64,000 nt of DNA from Cercozoa sp. M6MM. Taxonomy: Eukaryota > Protista > Endomyxa: Ascetosporea. The DNA lies in assembly GCA_040357565.1 (NCBI GenBank), contig JBDODJ010000037.1; one strand, 5' to 3'. Under the pieces are notes generated by a model. The model did not search any database. It saw nothing but the letters and a program-made list of their open reading frames with translations, and was not told the DNA's origin. This document shows, one piece after another, positions 41,280-54,745 of this stretch. Numbering within the stretch: the first letter of the stretch is position 1; every line of letters begins with the position of its first letter. The translations under genes and the position numbers were made by a program.

Positions 41280-43796
41280 ACATAGCCATGTTGGACACAA
41301 CATACGCCATCACGGAGGAAAGAAGGGGAAAAGTACAGAGCAATGTGACGACGCCATTGCTGCGTGTCAAGATCAAGGACGCGCTCGGTGCTACTGTCGT
41401 CAGTGACACGAGTGCTGGCTGTGACACTGCCCTGTTGCGGTGAATAGAAACGCAGCAACAGCTTTGTCAACGTCTAACGATCAAAACACAGCACACATAC
41501 ATACACAGACACAGACATGCGATGCCTATTTATTGTGCGAGTAAAGACGTTACAGACTTGCCGCCGCCGGAAGGTCCAACAAGCGCAGTCACGGTACCGG
41601 CACGCAAAGGCAACGTCACGTTCTTACTGTGCCATCTCACAGCGTAAAAACAGAGAAGTCAAGGGATATACGGAGTGGAGGAGTACAGCACCGGTCGTTC
41701 GGGTCGCGACGGGTATGCAAAAGTGACGTTGTGAAGAGAGACACCGGTCCAGGTGCACTCACTATCATCCGCCTTCGACTCTGATACGACAGAGTAAGCT
41801 ATAGGGGACGTAGAGATGTATAACAGCAACAAAGTTACCCTCAATGACTTCAGGTTCAAACTCGGTCTGCAGCGATCTGACGAAGTTGAATTGGGCGGCA
41901 CCTGTGCAAGTGTCAGTTCCCCTTGTGGTCGCCCCCAACCTGATACCAAACTGAGAATGAAAGTCGCACCCTCTCGCACACACCGCAGCGACTTAAACAG
42001 CGACACCTGTTCCACATGCATATACACAGAAACAGACATACAGACACAGACACACAGACACACAGACACACAGACACACAGACACACACACACACACACA
42101 CAGCGGGAGACAAAGAGCATACCAAGTGAAGCACGCCGACGACTGCCTTGCTCACGATGCCAGGCACGGCAGCAGCAGGCAGGTGCCGCAACGTCACAAT
42201 GCTCCAGGTGCACATGGCCGGGAAGGCATTGCGCAACAGTGACTGAGCACACACCTCTCGCATTGACAGACAGGAAACCAGCCGGCATCTAGGGTACCGT
42301 GCGCAGTTGAGACAAGGTTTCGGCAGCAGCGTTCATCATTTGCGCAGACATGCACCTACAACACGCAAACACACATGCATACGCTGCAACATCGTGAGTG
42401 ATTATATCAGAGGAAAAACACATCTCTGACACGCGTCTAAGCTGCCAATTCTGAGCGTCGGCACCCTGCAAAGATACAAGGCACATTGTCCTAGGTACGG
42501 GCAAGAACAGACACTAAATGCGATAAAGTAGAAGGAACCAAGGCGCGCAGCAGAGAGATACCCGTGGATGTGATACACTCTGCGCACACACTCTCACATG
42601 CACATGCGCATACAAAGAGGTGAGTATCATGCCAATCCGCGATACCAGCAAAAGCACTGGTGGCACGCGCCAAAGCCTCCTTGGCGGCTGCACAAATGTG
42701 GGGTGTATAAACACAGACACAGACACAGACACATTAAACGCTACCAGCACGTCGGCGCGCACTCATGCCCTGCAGCGCGTTGATGCCACCGACGACAACC
42801 ACCAAGGGCAAAATGGACCCTGCATGGGACGGACGTAAGCAACGGGGGGGGGGGGGTGAGTAGGTAAACGAGTGTATGTTACATCCAAGAGAGGAGATGA
42901 GCGACTTGGCGTGCCACACTGTCATCATTGCCGACGCCAGAAGACTCGGCACACCTGCGGTACCAACATGATCGATCAGTGAACACGTGCAGCACAGTGT
43001 ACCCTCAATGGACAGAGCAGATGTGACACTGTCGTCGCTGCAGATGCGCACCGCCAGTGCAGTGGCCGCGTGACGGTTGTGTCGCCGCCCAGTGTCACCA
43101 TCCTCACTCGAGGACTCGGTCACACTGTTCGACTCTGTCACATCATCACTGTCACCAGTGTGGCTCTCGTGCCCTCCAAAGTAAGCATCGTAGGAGGCTG
43201 CAGTGGCCAGCAGCGGAGACGCCTGGGCCTCATCGCGCAACTGACGCGTCTTCCGACTACGGCATCGAAGAGCAGATACTTGTTTTGCCTTACCCTCTTG
43301 TTTCTCAGTCGATAAGAAAACTCACCGAGCGAGCCACGAGGCCGCAGTGTCGTTGGCAAACTTCACAAGCGCCACCGAGGCAGCGAAACGCAGCAGAAAG
43401 CGCGGGTCGGCAATGCCTGTCGCACAGAGGTGTACAAGACTCAACCGCTCGTAAATCGCAGAATGTACCATCAGCGTTGAAGAGAGTCACAAGCGGCGAC
43501 AACACCGGCGACTACGCACAGGGTACAACCAGGAGCAGATCATACCGATGCGGAGATAATTTTAACATTGATACCTTACACGCGCCAAAATCCGAGAGCG
43601 CTGGCGACGTCAAAGAGCGCAGGAACTCGCTTTCGGCAGCGCCAACGCAAGTAGACACTGCAAACTTGACAACACACTCAAAATATCAGGTATTCGTAGT
43701 GGATCGCGTACCTGCAGCATGAGCAATCATGCACGGCGCACCCAAGCCCGAAAACGCAAAGCCCAGGAAGGAACTTAGACCGTTGTTGTCCCCCAT
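40542..43796 (-). CDS. ABCB-type half ABC transporter (TMD-NBD)
   Basis: VSLHNVTFAYPSRPERPVL, Walker A ALVGPSGGGKS, LLLRFYSPQQGSV, Q-loop QDPSLFSMSTADNL, signature LSGGERQRLALARA, Walker B/D-loop LVIL|DEPTSALD, and H-loop IVAHR. Confidence 0.9.
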
Positions 43797-44000
43797 TTCG
43801 TAGTAGACCGTTCCTGCACTTGGTGAATTCAGCTAGATACACGAAAAACAAGGGTACATTATTTACTGTATAATCACGATTTTGTCTTGGCCGCTGGACT
43901 CTGTGTTGCTGTCTACTCTACATAGGTTGCCATTGTGCTTATCGTTGTGTTAATCTAACACACTGGCGTAATTCGACCTTTGTGCCTCACGCGCGCTCCA

Positions 44001-45992
44001 ATGAACCAGGGCGTTTTGGGCGCCTTCCACGACGACGTTGCTGTGCCGGCGACTTCGTCGCGCTCTGGTACGCTTCTTTAGATGGGACTGGTACGCGATA
44101 CACTTTCCGCAGATAGTCGGTCGCGCAAAAGCCGCAGCAGATCGCGATCGCGCAGTCGCACCCGTCGGTATACTTGTGCGTGAGCACGTGCGTGCTTAGG
44201 GGAATGAAAGTTATCACAGGGAGCGCCGCGAGAGAGAGCAGGGACCGCGTGATGCCACGATGCTCTCCAGTGCTGCCGGTAGATTATCTCTGCTTTTCCT
44301 GTAGCTAGCCCGCCTTATGTGTGGTCCGCTTAGCCAAGTGGCAAGCACACACGATCAAGGATCGATACTTCATGCCCGCCAGAGGCGAGAACAAGATTGG
44401 TCAGGGCACCTACGGTTCCGTCTTTGTTGCGCATCGTCGCCGGTATGTCATTTTGTGTTAACACCCCTCTTAAATGGTATTCCCTATGTTATCCCTACGT
44501 TTTACCGATGTCGGCGCCGTCAGGAAGCAGCAGATGGGCAAGGTGGAGGTGCCGCGAAAAGGCGAGCCCGTGGCCATCAAGCAGCTGCACCTGGAGCGTG
44601 AGAAGGAAGGGTTCCCTGTGACAAGTGTGCGCGAGATCGCTCTGCTTCAACTCAGTCAGGTGAGTGACTCTGTCCGCGCGGACCTGTGGCCTGTGCGAAT
44701 GGCCTGTGTGATGGCCTGTGCAAATGGCCTGTGCATGTGATAAGGGTGTGTGTGCGTGTCCAGGCCCGGCACGCGCAGGCACTCAAGAGTCAGCAGCAGT
44801 CGCGGCACTCCCTGCAGACGCTGCCGTCGCAAGAGCCCGTGGTCAGTCTGCGCGACGTGTGCGCACTCGAGCGAACGCTGCGGCAACCCTCGGCGCCGCG
44901 CGACGTCTTCCTCGTGTAGGCCTATCCTAGGCCGATCCCTCCTAGCCCTCATACAACTTTCCTTCTGTTGTCGCTCTATTGGGGTGGGTGCTTTCAGCTT
45001 TGAAAAGTGCGACCATGACCTTCGTGGTCTTATTTTAAATCGTAGGTACACTGACACACGCGTGTTCTTCTTGTGCTTTCGACACTGTATATGTGTTGTG
45101 TGTTGTGTGTTGTGGATAGGAACTTTGGCGACCAACTGCGCACCAATCGTGCTTGGCAGAAGGTGTCCTGCCTGTTTGTATACGTATACGGAGAGTGTAT
45201 CGATGATATGTGTGCTTTGTGGGGGTTATGGCAAAACAGTGGATTCTCGGGGCACTGCTGGAGTCGCTGCAGGTGCTACACGACGAGTGTGGCGTACGCT
45301 TGTCCCTATTTCTCTCACTCCTTTCCCATCTCTCTCTCTCTCTCTCTCTCTCAGGTTCTCCATCGTGATGTCAAGAGTGCCAATATCCTGGTACTTTTCC
45401 TCAGTTCCGCGCCTCGATCTCCATGTGCACGCGTATTTCTGCGTGTGGGAAAAAGGTGAAAAACAACGGTGCTGTACGACTGGCGGATCTTGGTCTGGCG
45501 CGGTACATGTCCCGTTCGCATGTTTTAAAAAGTGACCACACACACAAGCTTGTTTCTGGTGTCTCAGGCAGTACCTGCGCGACCCGTTCCGACGTCTGCG
45601 CGAACTTGACCGCACTGGCGCCTGTACAGTTCCTTGTTTCCCTTTCTTACTCTGTGTCTTAAGACCTCCTCACTCTGACTGCACAGGCAAGGACGAGGAC
45701 AAGGACCTGGAGGATGCCCGCAAGACGCCCAACGTAGTCACATTGTGGTACCTGAAAGCGCACCTGTGTATGGCGGGTCTCCCTATCTGATAGGCGTGCG
45801 TGTTTGCAGGTACCGTGCTCCCGAACTGCTGCTGCACGAGCGTTGCTATGGCAGGTACTGGCTTTACCCCCCCCCCCGAATGTCACCCTTACCCTCCTTC
45901 TGTCAACTGTTTCAGTGGCATCGACATCTGGTCGGCGGGTTGCGTCTTTGCCGAAATGATACTGGTAGTTCTCGGCCACCCCTTGTACACAC

Positions 45993-46050
<58 letters not shown>

Positions 46051-46572
46051 CTGTTGTTTCCATTGACGTTTCTTCTTCTTGTGTTCATGTGGATAGGGCA
46101 AGCCGCTGTTCGGAGAGCCGACCGAAGTGCGTGCGCTCAGTGCCATTGTCGAGGTAGTTGGTGTTTCTGTTGAACTCCTTTTTCGCTACTTAATCCCTCT
46201 CGTGGACACAGTTATTAGGCTTACCCAACGACGATGCTTGGCCGACAGAGGTGCCCTACTGTCTTGCCTCGCCGCTCTCTGCCGTACTTTTGTTGGTTTG
46301 TGGAAAAGGGCGAGTCGTTTGAAAAACTGTGCGAACGTCACTACAGTCTGGTGCGTATCTGACCTCCCTTGTCTTTTGTTGGCATCCCCGCGGACGACTT
46401 GTGTGCTGACCTGCAGACTCCACGAGCACCTGATCGGCCGACGTTTGATGCTGTGTTTGATAGCGTCGATGCCGACGCGAAAGATGTACGTTACATTTCC
46501 TCCCAGAGAGTCTGTTTTGTGTGTCTGTGTGTGTGTGTGCGTGTGTGTGTGTCTATGTGCGTGTCTATGTGT

Positions 46573-46624
<52 letters not shown>

Positions 46625-46634
46625 NNNNNNNNNN

Positions 46635-46682
<48 letters not shown>

Positions 46683-46995
46683 TGATAGTTGCTGCGCAAG
46701 CTGCTGGCACTGCATCCGCGACGACGAATGTCGGCTCGAGAGGCGCTGCAACACGCGTTTTTCAAGCGGGTTCTCTCCCATTCAGGCTCCCTCCACTCTC
46801 TATAGCCACACATGTCTTGTGTTTTTCTGAAAGCAGGGACCTGCAAAAAAGCCACCTTTGGAGATCCTGTACCTTGCCCTGCCCTTACCCTACATATCTA
46901 TATGGTTGTGAAATGTGAATGCCGTGTTACATGATTATGCTTATAGCGAGAAGCTTGCCCCGTCGTTTGAAGCCACCTTTAGCAACGAACGTTAG
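44001..46995 (+). CDS. Transcription/splicing-type cyclin-dependent kinase (CDK9/10/11/12 group) with an RS-rich N-terminus
   Basis: SRSRKSRSRSRSRSR N-terminus, IGQGTYG, VAIK, EKEGFPVTSVRE, CDHDL, HRDVKSANIL, LADLGLAR, TPNVVTLW|YRAPELLL, IDIWSAGCVFAEM and LLALHPRRRMSAREALQH. Confidence 0.9.
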
Positions 46996-48566
46996 TAAGC
47001 TCAATGTCGCATTTGCCCAAGCGTCACCCTCACCGAGTGGCACCCTCACCAAACGCGGAAACTGGACGTGGGTGATTTGGCTGCTAGGCCGATGGGAGAT
47101 ACAAAATGTCGGTACTCTCACTACGACTAGTCCGGTCGCCTTGTGGCAGCCGATGATTCCTTTCAGTTGCTTTAATGCTGTTACCCTCTTAACGTAAGCA
47201 TAAGTGTTGTTACGAAATGGTATTTTCCATCCGGCCCGTCAGATCTGTCTGAGTTCTGGTGCTTCGCGCGGAAGAAAGCTATTCAATAAGCACTTTGAGA
47301 AGTGTGGTGTATTGTGTTTGTCTGGTATCCTGACCTCTCCGAGAGCGTTGCTAACCTCCTTACCCTGTGCTTGGTAGACTGACCTCGAAAGAGCAAGATT
47401 TTGCTCCTTTCCTGAAAAGGCTCTCTACTCACCAGGTAAAGCACCTCTCCAGGCTCCAGCCCTTGCACTCTCACGGAATCCCTTGTTGCTGTCTTCCCAG
47501 CACAGAGAGCCTTTCTTTTTCTCCTTTACGTCCCTCCTTCTCCTTCCTTCCTTCTTCTGACTACCGGGCCTCTCATCCTTCCCGACCAGTCTACTTCCTG
47601 TACTTTGCCGACCCTATCTTGGGGTAACTACCTCTGAACTGACTACGTCTACTGACTCAATTCTTCTTCACATCGATTCCATTTGTTTCTTTAGTCTTTT
47701 TCCTGGCATAGTACTCTTTTGCACTACCAAAGCCTCAATTTCTGAAAGGCTGCGGTAACAGTGTAATACTTCGTTGGTCAGTGGAAAGAACTAAATCAAA
47801 GTACGTGATAAATTAGACGAAGCGAAGGATTAAATGATTCAGTTTGAAGAAGCGAAGTGAAGCATTACCCCAACTGAGTTCTTGCGTCTAGCTAGACGGG
47901 GAACCCCCTTACCCCGTTATAGCCCCTTTACCCCTAACCTCTCTTTAATTCTGATTTTGCCTCGAAAAACCTCGCCATACCCCTGCTCGGGTTCATCCCC
48001 GCCATAATCTGAGTCAGTCTGTAACACAATAGTCACGGTCTGGGGCGGCAATGACCTGCCTCACGATTGGATTAATTGGACTAAAAAGACCGGTAACATT
48101 CACGAGCAACGGGAGAATAATGAATCAACTACTAAAACAGGCATGCGACGCGCGTTACCGCGCTCCCACCAGGGTCAGACACACACACACGCGCGCACAC
48201 ACAACGTCACCGGGGCTCAAGCGATCGCTTAATAATCTACAAAAAAGGGAAATAAGCAGGACACGAAAAAAACTGGGGAGGGAACAACTTGGTGGAACAA
48301 AGAAGCTTAAACATACAGAACGGAGATGCGAGCATCCAGCAAACGAAACAGTGATGGAGCACGGAGCAGTGAGAACGTGCGTAAGAACAGGAAGGAAACG
48401 AGAACGTGCGACACATGGAAACTTCACTCGTAAGGACTCTTTGTTTTGGTTTTGTTGCATCGCATGCGACGCATATATGTTGTGGTTTTGTTTGGCGTTT
48501 TTTTCAAAGGTAGAGGTTTGTGTGTATGTGTCAGTGCAGTAGGCGTGCTCTCGCTCCATCTTTCGA

Positions 48567-50051
48567 TTATGTGAGGAGCGCCGTGATCGCGTCCGGCGTG
48601 CTACACAAGGTTTATGTAATTAAGAGTCCCTGTGTGTGTGCGTGTGTGTGTGTGTGTGTATACCTCTCGTCGTTGAAGTGCATGGACGAGAAACGCAGCG
48701 CGTTCACGAGCGGGTCAATGTCGTTCTGCTGGCCCGGGAAGTCGCGCGGGAAGTCGCGCGTCAGCAGCACGGCCGCCGGTCGCATGAACACGGGCGAGCG
48801 CTTAAGGAAGGCGCCCTCCGGCTCGACGTGATCGTACAGCACGATGGCGCCCGTCATGGCGCGGATGGCCAGCATGTTCAGCGGCGACTCAACCGGGAAC
48901 TTCTTGTGTCGCGCCAACATCAGGCACGAGTTGGCGAACGTCGCGATCTGACACACATATACGCATCACACATCACACACACACACACCCCACAAATAGA
49001 AGCTACACACAGGCACACACACACGCACGAGACCCCAGACCGAAGGCAAACAGTACTGACTGAGTGAGGGCCTCGTCGTCCTTGAAGACGTTCTTGCAGG
49101 CCTTGCTGACGCACGTCATCATCGGGATGTGCGCGGCCAGGAAGAGCGAAATAAAGGAGGCGTCGTCGTCACGCACCACGAGGTCCGGGTCGTGCGCGTG
49201 CTTGTTGAGCGCACGGCGGTAGAAGGCAAAGTCGTTCTGCAGGCCGGGCTTCTTGAGCTTCTCCGTGTCGAACTTGAGAATGAAGTCGAGCACCTCGCAC
49301 AGCTTGCGCGAGAAGGCGGCATCGGCCACAAGCGGCGCCTGGCCATTCTTGCTGATGCCGGCCACAACCTGGAACGCCTTGGGCACCAGCTGCTCGAGCT
49401 CCTTCGAGAAGCGCCAGAAGCCCGCGATAATCTCGGCATTCTGCGTCACCTCCACAAAGGCTTTCTGCTCGTTCGCCTCGTTCGGCTTGCTCATAGCAGC
49501 GCGCACGACGTCCTGCTTCGACTCGTACATCTGCAGCTGCTCAAGGATACCCGGCACGCGCGCCAGAAGCTCCGTCATTTGCTGATACACCTCCGACGCA
49601 TCATCGCTCTGCGGTTGGCCATTCTCAAAGGCCTCCACTGCGACACCACAGAAATATCGAGCCGATAAATATTGATTGATGATCCTCCCGCAAGCAAAAG
49701 CAAAGAACACACACAGAAACCGCCCAACACGATCAAACACAATCAAAGCAAGAGTGGAAACGGAAGAGTCACATACGCCAGCATATGTTACAACACAAAC
49801 ACACAACAACGCAAAGCGCGAAAACAACGGCGATCAGAAAAACCTCAAAACGAAACGCCAAAAGGCGCAGCACACAAAACACTGCCCAGGCGTGCACACG
49901 CACTCTGCTGTGGTGCTGCCACATCTGCGAGTGCCAGCGTGGACACAGGCCACGTGGACGCGTGGCCCAAACGAGAAGCAGGAGGCACAAACGAACCATC
50001 AAAGCCGTCGACGAGCTCGACGCCCTTGTTCCGTGACAGGAGACCACCCAT
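48567..50051 (-). CDS. CYRI: CYFIP-related Rac1 interactor (CYRI/FAM49, DUF1394)
   Basis: Myristoylation-type MGGLLS start; FENGQP, EVLDFILKFD..K..PGLQNDFAFYRR, ISLFLA, RAMTGAIVLYDHVEPEGAF..SP and LVNALRFSSMHFNDE|STP. Confidence 0.95.
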
Positions 50052-50232
50052 GCTCCACTAAGACAAGGCTTGTGCGTGCTGCGTGTGTTTCTGTGCTGTG
50101 ATTACTCATGAGCTGAGTGGGGCTCGTTTTCGTCCTTTTGTTTCTGATTGAAGCACTGTTGGCTCAGAGCCCATACATGAGTTGAGCATCACGCCCTGTC
50201 GCTCAGTGCAGTGCAATGTTGTGCTTGCAGTG

Positions 50233-50957
50233 ATGCACAGATTTTTGGCTCGGTGTGGACCTCTAACATTGCAGCGGAGGCTGCCAGGCGCTAGATCCAT
50301 GTTTTTGGATGATCGCCTGTTGCCGCCGGACATGCGAGATAGCTACATCAACGGCACGTGCCGCCAGGGTATCGTAGTGAGAGGGCATATATTCCCGCAA
50401 TCGGTGCTCGTGCATCGCGATGGCGTGCTGCACTGGGCTGCACGTGGTTGGGCGGACCTGTCGCCCGAGTCACTGGCTGTGCTGCCGCTGCTGCACCCGC
50501 ACGTCGACCTGCTGCTCATCGGCAGTGCCAGCACGGCGTCCTGCACTGGTGAATCGAACTTTTTTGCTTGTCATGACGGTGTCCCTATTGGTGTTGTTCC
50601 TGTTGATGGTGTGTGCAAGTGCAGGTCACACGTACTTCCTGCCCGCTGTGCTGAAGCAGTGGCTGCGAGAGCATTGCATCCACGTGGAAGTGCTTACGCC
50701 ACAGCTGGCGGCCTCGCAGTTCAATACGCTGCTCAGTGAGGGCCGCAGCGTCGTTGCCGCCATGCTCGCCGAAAACTTGACTGACGAAGACGACACCGTG
50801 CCGCCGAGGGGTAAACCCACCTTCCTGACCCCTTCCCCGTGTGCATGCTCTGCCTGTAGGAGTCAACACGCGAGTGGACGACGACACGGTGTCCAGATCA
50901 CTACACGCAGGCCGCGACGTGCTCGACTTTGGTCCGGCACCGCCGCACAAACGGTGA
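50233..50957 (+). CDS. NDUFAF3: Mitochondrial complex I assembly factor (Mth938/DUF498 domain)
   Basis: Arg-rich presequence; LSPESLAVLPLLHPHVDLLLIG; IHVEVL...AASQFNTLLSEGRSVVAAM. Confidence 0.88.
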
Positions 50958-51357
50958 CGTACCCGCACCAACATTACATTCAATTCAGTTGTTTTTGGTT
51001 CCGTTCGAAGTTAACGCGACTTCAGTGCACGCACAGCGCTATAAGACGTTTCCGTTTCAGTCAGTTAATGATGGTCGATCTCGACTATTCTCACTTCAGG
51101 CTGTCGTCGAACCAAGTTGAAGTTTGGTGCTTAGAGGCTCTGTTGGAAAGGTGTGCTATTTGCAAACACTGATCCTGTCGGGACACTGTAAGACTCTACA
51201 TCCACTCGGCGGTTTGTCGTAGCGTAGCAAACAGCGCAGTAACTGAAATTATCGTATACGCGGTTGGTATGCATGTGCTGCGAGCCTGAGGCGCCGTTCA
51301 AATCGAATTGGCCAATGCAACACGAACTGGCCGAGTTCACGTTGGGTAAACCGGCGC

Positions 51358-54300
51358 CTACTGATCCTGGTGCCGCCGCTGTCGGCGCCGCTCCTCGTCA
51401 AAGAGTTTGTTAAAGCGTCGACGGGCGCGCTGGATGTAGGAGCCGGTCTCCCTTTCTAAGGTGCACACCAGATACACAGCATCGAGACTGGGGACAGTTG
51501 GTGCGTACCACGAGTGACGGCGTGTTCTTGCAGAGCGGGTGCAGTACCGAGGCCGCCTCTGCCACGTCGCAGCACTCCGAGCATCACCGACTGCTCGGCA
51601 TCACGCTTTGCAGATGCGAGTGCCTTCTCGGAAATCTGTGCGGTGCCGTCGACCGTAAAACGAGTGCTAGCAGCAAGCATGTCTTGTTCGTTGCCTAAGA
51701 ACGAGGGGGAATACACAGACACAGACAGACACACAGACACACAGACACAGACAGACACACAGACACACAGACACACAGACACACAGACACACACACAGAG
51801 GGTAGTTGATGTCACCTTGCAGCTGGGCGACCTGCCGCGAAATCTCGTGTCGCAGCGCCTTGGTGTACTCGACCTCTTTCTTTGTCTTGCCCTTGTCGGT
51901 CTCAGCCGGTCCCTCCAGAGCACGACACTGCGCACGCAGCTTCTGCACACGCAGCGCCTGTGCCTGTCTCCGCGACTGCACAGACACTCATATACACAAG
52001 TGTGACGAGGGGAAGGGTCAAGGTACCTGACTGGCCTTGCGCATGGCGAGTACATGAAGGTTGCGCAGGTGCCGCACCGAGTTCTCGCAATGCAATCGCA
52101 GTGCTCGATGTCTGTACAGGCGCACACACGGGGGGGGGGGGGGGCGGGAAGGCAAGGGATAGACGGAAAGGCGCGCGGGTGGGGTACCGGTGGAACTGGC
52201 GTCGGCACAGACGGCACCTGAGACGAGTGGAGTCAACGTGCGGCAGGTGTCGCTCCTGGCACTCGCGGCGTACCTCGTCGCTGTCGTCGTCGAACTCAGT
52301 TTCGTCAACCTCGCGCTCGTCGCACGCGACGCCGTCCGCCGCTTCGTCGTCTGGTTGGTCGAGCCGTCGCTGCAGTTGCTGCTGTTTCTGCTGTTGTTCC
52401 TGCTGCTGCTGTGCGCCCGTCTTCTGCAGCGTCTTGAGTCCTTTAGTGACACGTCTCACACGCACTGTTGTCTTCTTGTCCTACGAGGGAAAGGGGGTAA
52501 AGTCTAAAAGCACGAAAGAAGAGTGGCTCACATTCTGCTCGTTGTCGCTGTCGTCGTCGGCACCGAGAACGATTCGCTTCATTTTGTTCTTCTGCCGAGC
52601 GGGGGGGGGGGGGTAAGAAGGGTAGAGGAGGTCAGCACGAACTCTACCTTCTTGTTGGAAGGTTTGGTGAGACGCACGCCCGTGCCGCCCAGCAGCAGCG
52701 TCGACGGTTTCTGCGCCAACGCTTTCTTCTTCTTGCGTTTCACGAGTGCCGGTTCCTCCGCGTCTAGGGCGACACTTGTGGTACTGCCCATTGAGACTGC
52801 ACAGCGAGCGCACATAGTTAGTCACAAAACAGTGGGCATACGAAAAGACATGGACACACAGACACACAGACACACAGACACAGACACACGAAGGAACCAC
52901 TGTGTGCGACAGAGTGTGAGGCAGCGGAGGCAACAGAGACAGCAGAGACAGCAGCGGCAGCGACGGCAGGGGCAGAGACAGCGACGGCGTTACCACCGGC
53001 AGCATCAGCAGTCACGTCGACGGCATCGACTGCCTCATACTGCTGCCGCGCGCGGTCAAACCGATACAGTGCGTTGCTTTGCATGTGCCTGCGCAATCGT
53101 ACCACAAACACAGTCACTCGGACACCGAGATGCGCTAGACACACTCACTGTGCCAGGGGTAGATGAAAGTGGGGCCCACCGGAAGAGCTGTGTCGTGGCG
53201 TCGAACTCGTAACCCGTGCTGGCACAACGGAACAGCGTACGACTACCAGGCACTGGTTGGAAGCCCTGGCCATCATCACATAGACATGGTGCAACAGTAC
53301 AGGGTAGTTGTGGGAAAGGCATCGTCGCAGGTACCTGTGGCAAGGCAGCGAGCTGTCGCTGAAAGGCGTGCAGGGTCTGCTGCTTCTCAATCAGCGCGCG
53401 CACGGTGTCACGAGCCAGGAAGAAGGGCACTGTCGCCTCTCCGGCTTGCACTCGCACCTCTTGACCATCCACATCTAATCGAGGGCTACGCAAGTACATA
53501 TACACATAGGGGGATATCAAGAGTATGACACTGGATGGGTGGAGGAGGCTACCGACGAAGAACACGCTCGCACTCGGCGTGATTGCGCAGCTGCACAATG
53601 GTGACGCCTGGCGGCACACGGAGCACCTCGCGCAGCGACATCTGATCGTTGCGGAACCTGTCGCCCGTGCCTGAGGAGGTAACAACAAGGTAAGGTAAGG
53701 GGTGGGGGGAAAAGCGCGGTGGGGGCAAAGCGCGGCGGGGGGCAAAACGCGGCGGGGGGCAACAGTAGGGTACCAGCACGGTCAGAGCGCACGCGCTTGT
53801 CGGAGTGTGGCGTTAGAGGCATACGAAGTTGCAGCAACGGTTCTAGCGGTGCCAGTGTTCCCAAGAAACCCTCGTCCGATGACGTCAGAGTAATGTCTGT
53901 CTCAAAATGTGTGTTGATCATGTCAAATCTCAGAGTTAAACCTGCACGTGACACGGAGAACACTACCATCTTCAGTGACGTCTTTCTTGCCTTGCTCACG
54001 CAGTGCTTTAATCTACGAAAAGCAGATGTAACAGAAGCGAAAAAGAAGTGAAGTGTCCTACCTGTTGAGACACGCGCATGAACACGTCCTGAAGTCGCAT
54101 GACATCGACACCTTGCACTCGGAAGAAGGAGACACCGAATGCGAACGGGTCCACACTGATGCGACGCACGTGCACACCTTCCACCGGTGCCAGCGAGTAC
54201 CGCAGCTGTTCAATCAGGCAGCAAGAAAAAGAGGTGAAAGCACACAGATTGTCGTCAATGAGTGAAAAGCGGTACCGCATCCACCGGCAGGTCAGTGCAG

Positions 54301-54745
54301 TGCAGGAACAGTGCCGACGACCAGCGGAACTCCTCGTCGATCACGCGATCCCTGCTGCGTGGTCGGGCACTTCTGCCGACAGAGACAGAGGCGTATCACA
54401 CAACACTACACAGCACAGCACCACTCGTGTCTCTTTTGACGCGAGGTGGCTACCGAGAGCGGCGACGTCGACGGTGCCTGCTGCGGCTACGAGTGCGACT
54501 GCGACTCCGGCTGTACCGACGACGGTGCCTACTGCGACTACGGCTGCGACTGCGCGATCGCGAGCGACGCGATCTTGAACGCGAAAACGAGCGCGAGCGA
54601 TGTCTTGGACGCGAGCGAGACCTGCAAGAAACACTCATACCCACTCGCATTTGAGCCAGACACCCCCCCCCCCACTTCGTACTTACCGTGAGTGTGAACG
54701 CGAGCGACGCCGACGCGACCGCGATCTCGAGCGAAAGCGGCCCAT
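51358..54745 (-). CDS. RBM5/RBM10/SUA-like splicing regulator (RS region, divergent RRM-like region, OCRE, C2H2 finger, degenerate G-patch)
   Basis: MGRFRSRSRSR... RS tract; OCRE-like TGYEFDATTQLF...FDRARQQY; C2H2 LRCRLCRRQF..HRALRLHCENSVRHLRNL (RBM5 has CLLCRRQF...LHKQN); RGRGGLG; C-terminal SYIQRARRRF. Confidence 0.7.

Noticed and set aside
43987-44217. Small Cys-rich minus-strand ORF
   Set aside because: It is antisense to the RS-rich first exons of the CDK gene.
47897-48001. Telomere-like C-rich stretch with a weak inverted repeat (ggggaaccc...gggttcatcccc)
   Set aside because: No regular telomeric unit, and the inverted repeat is short and gapped.
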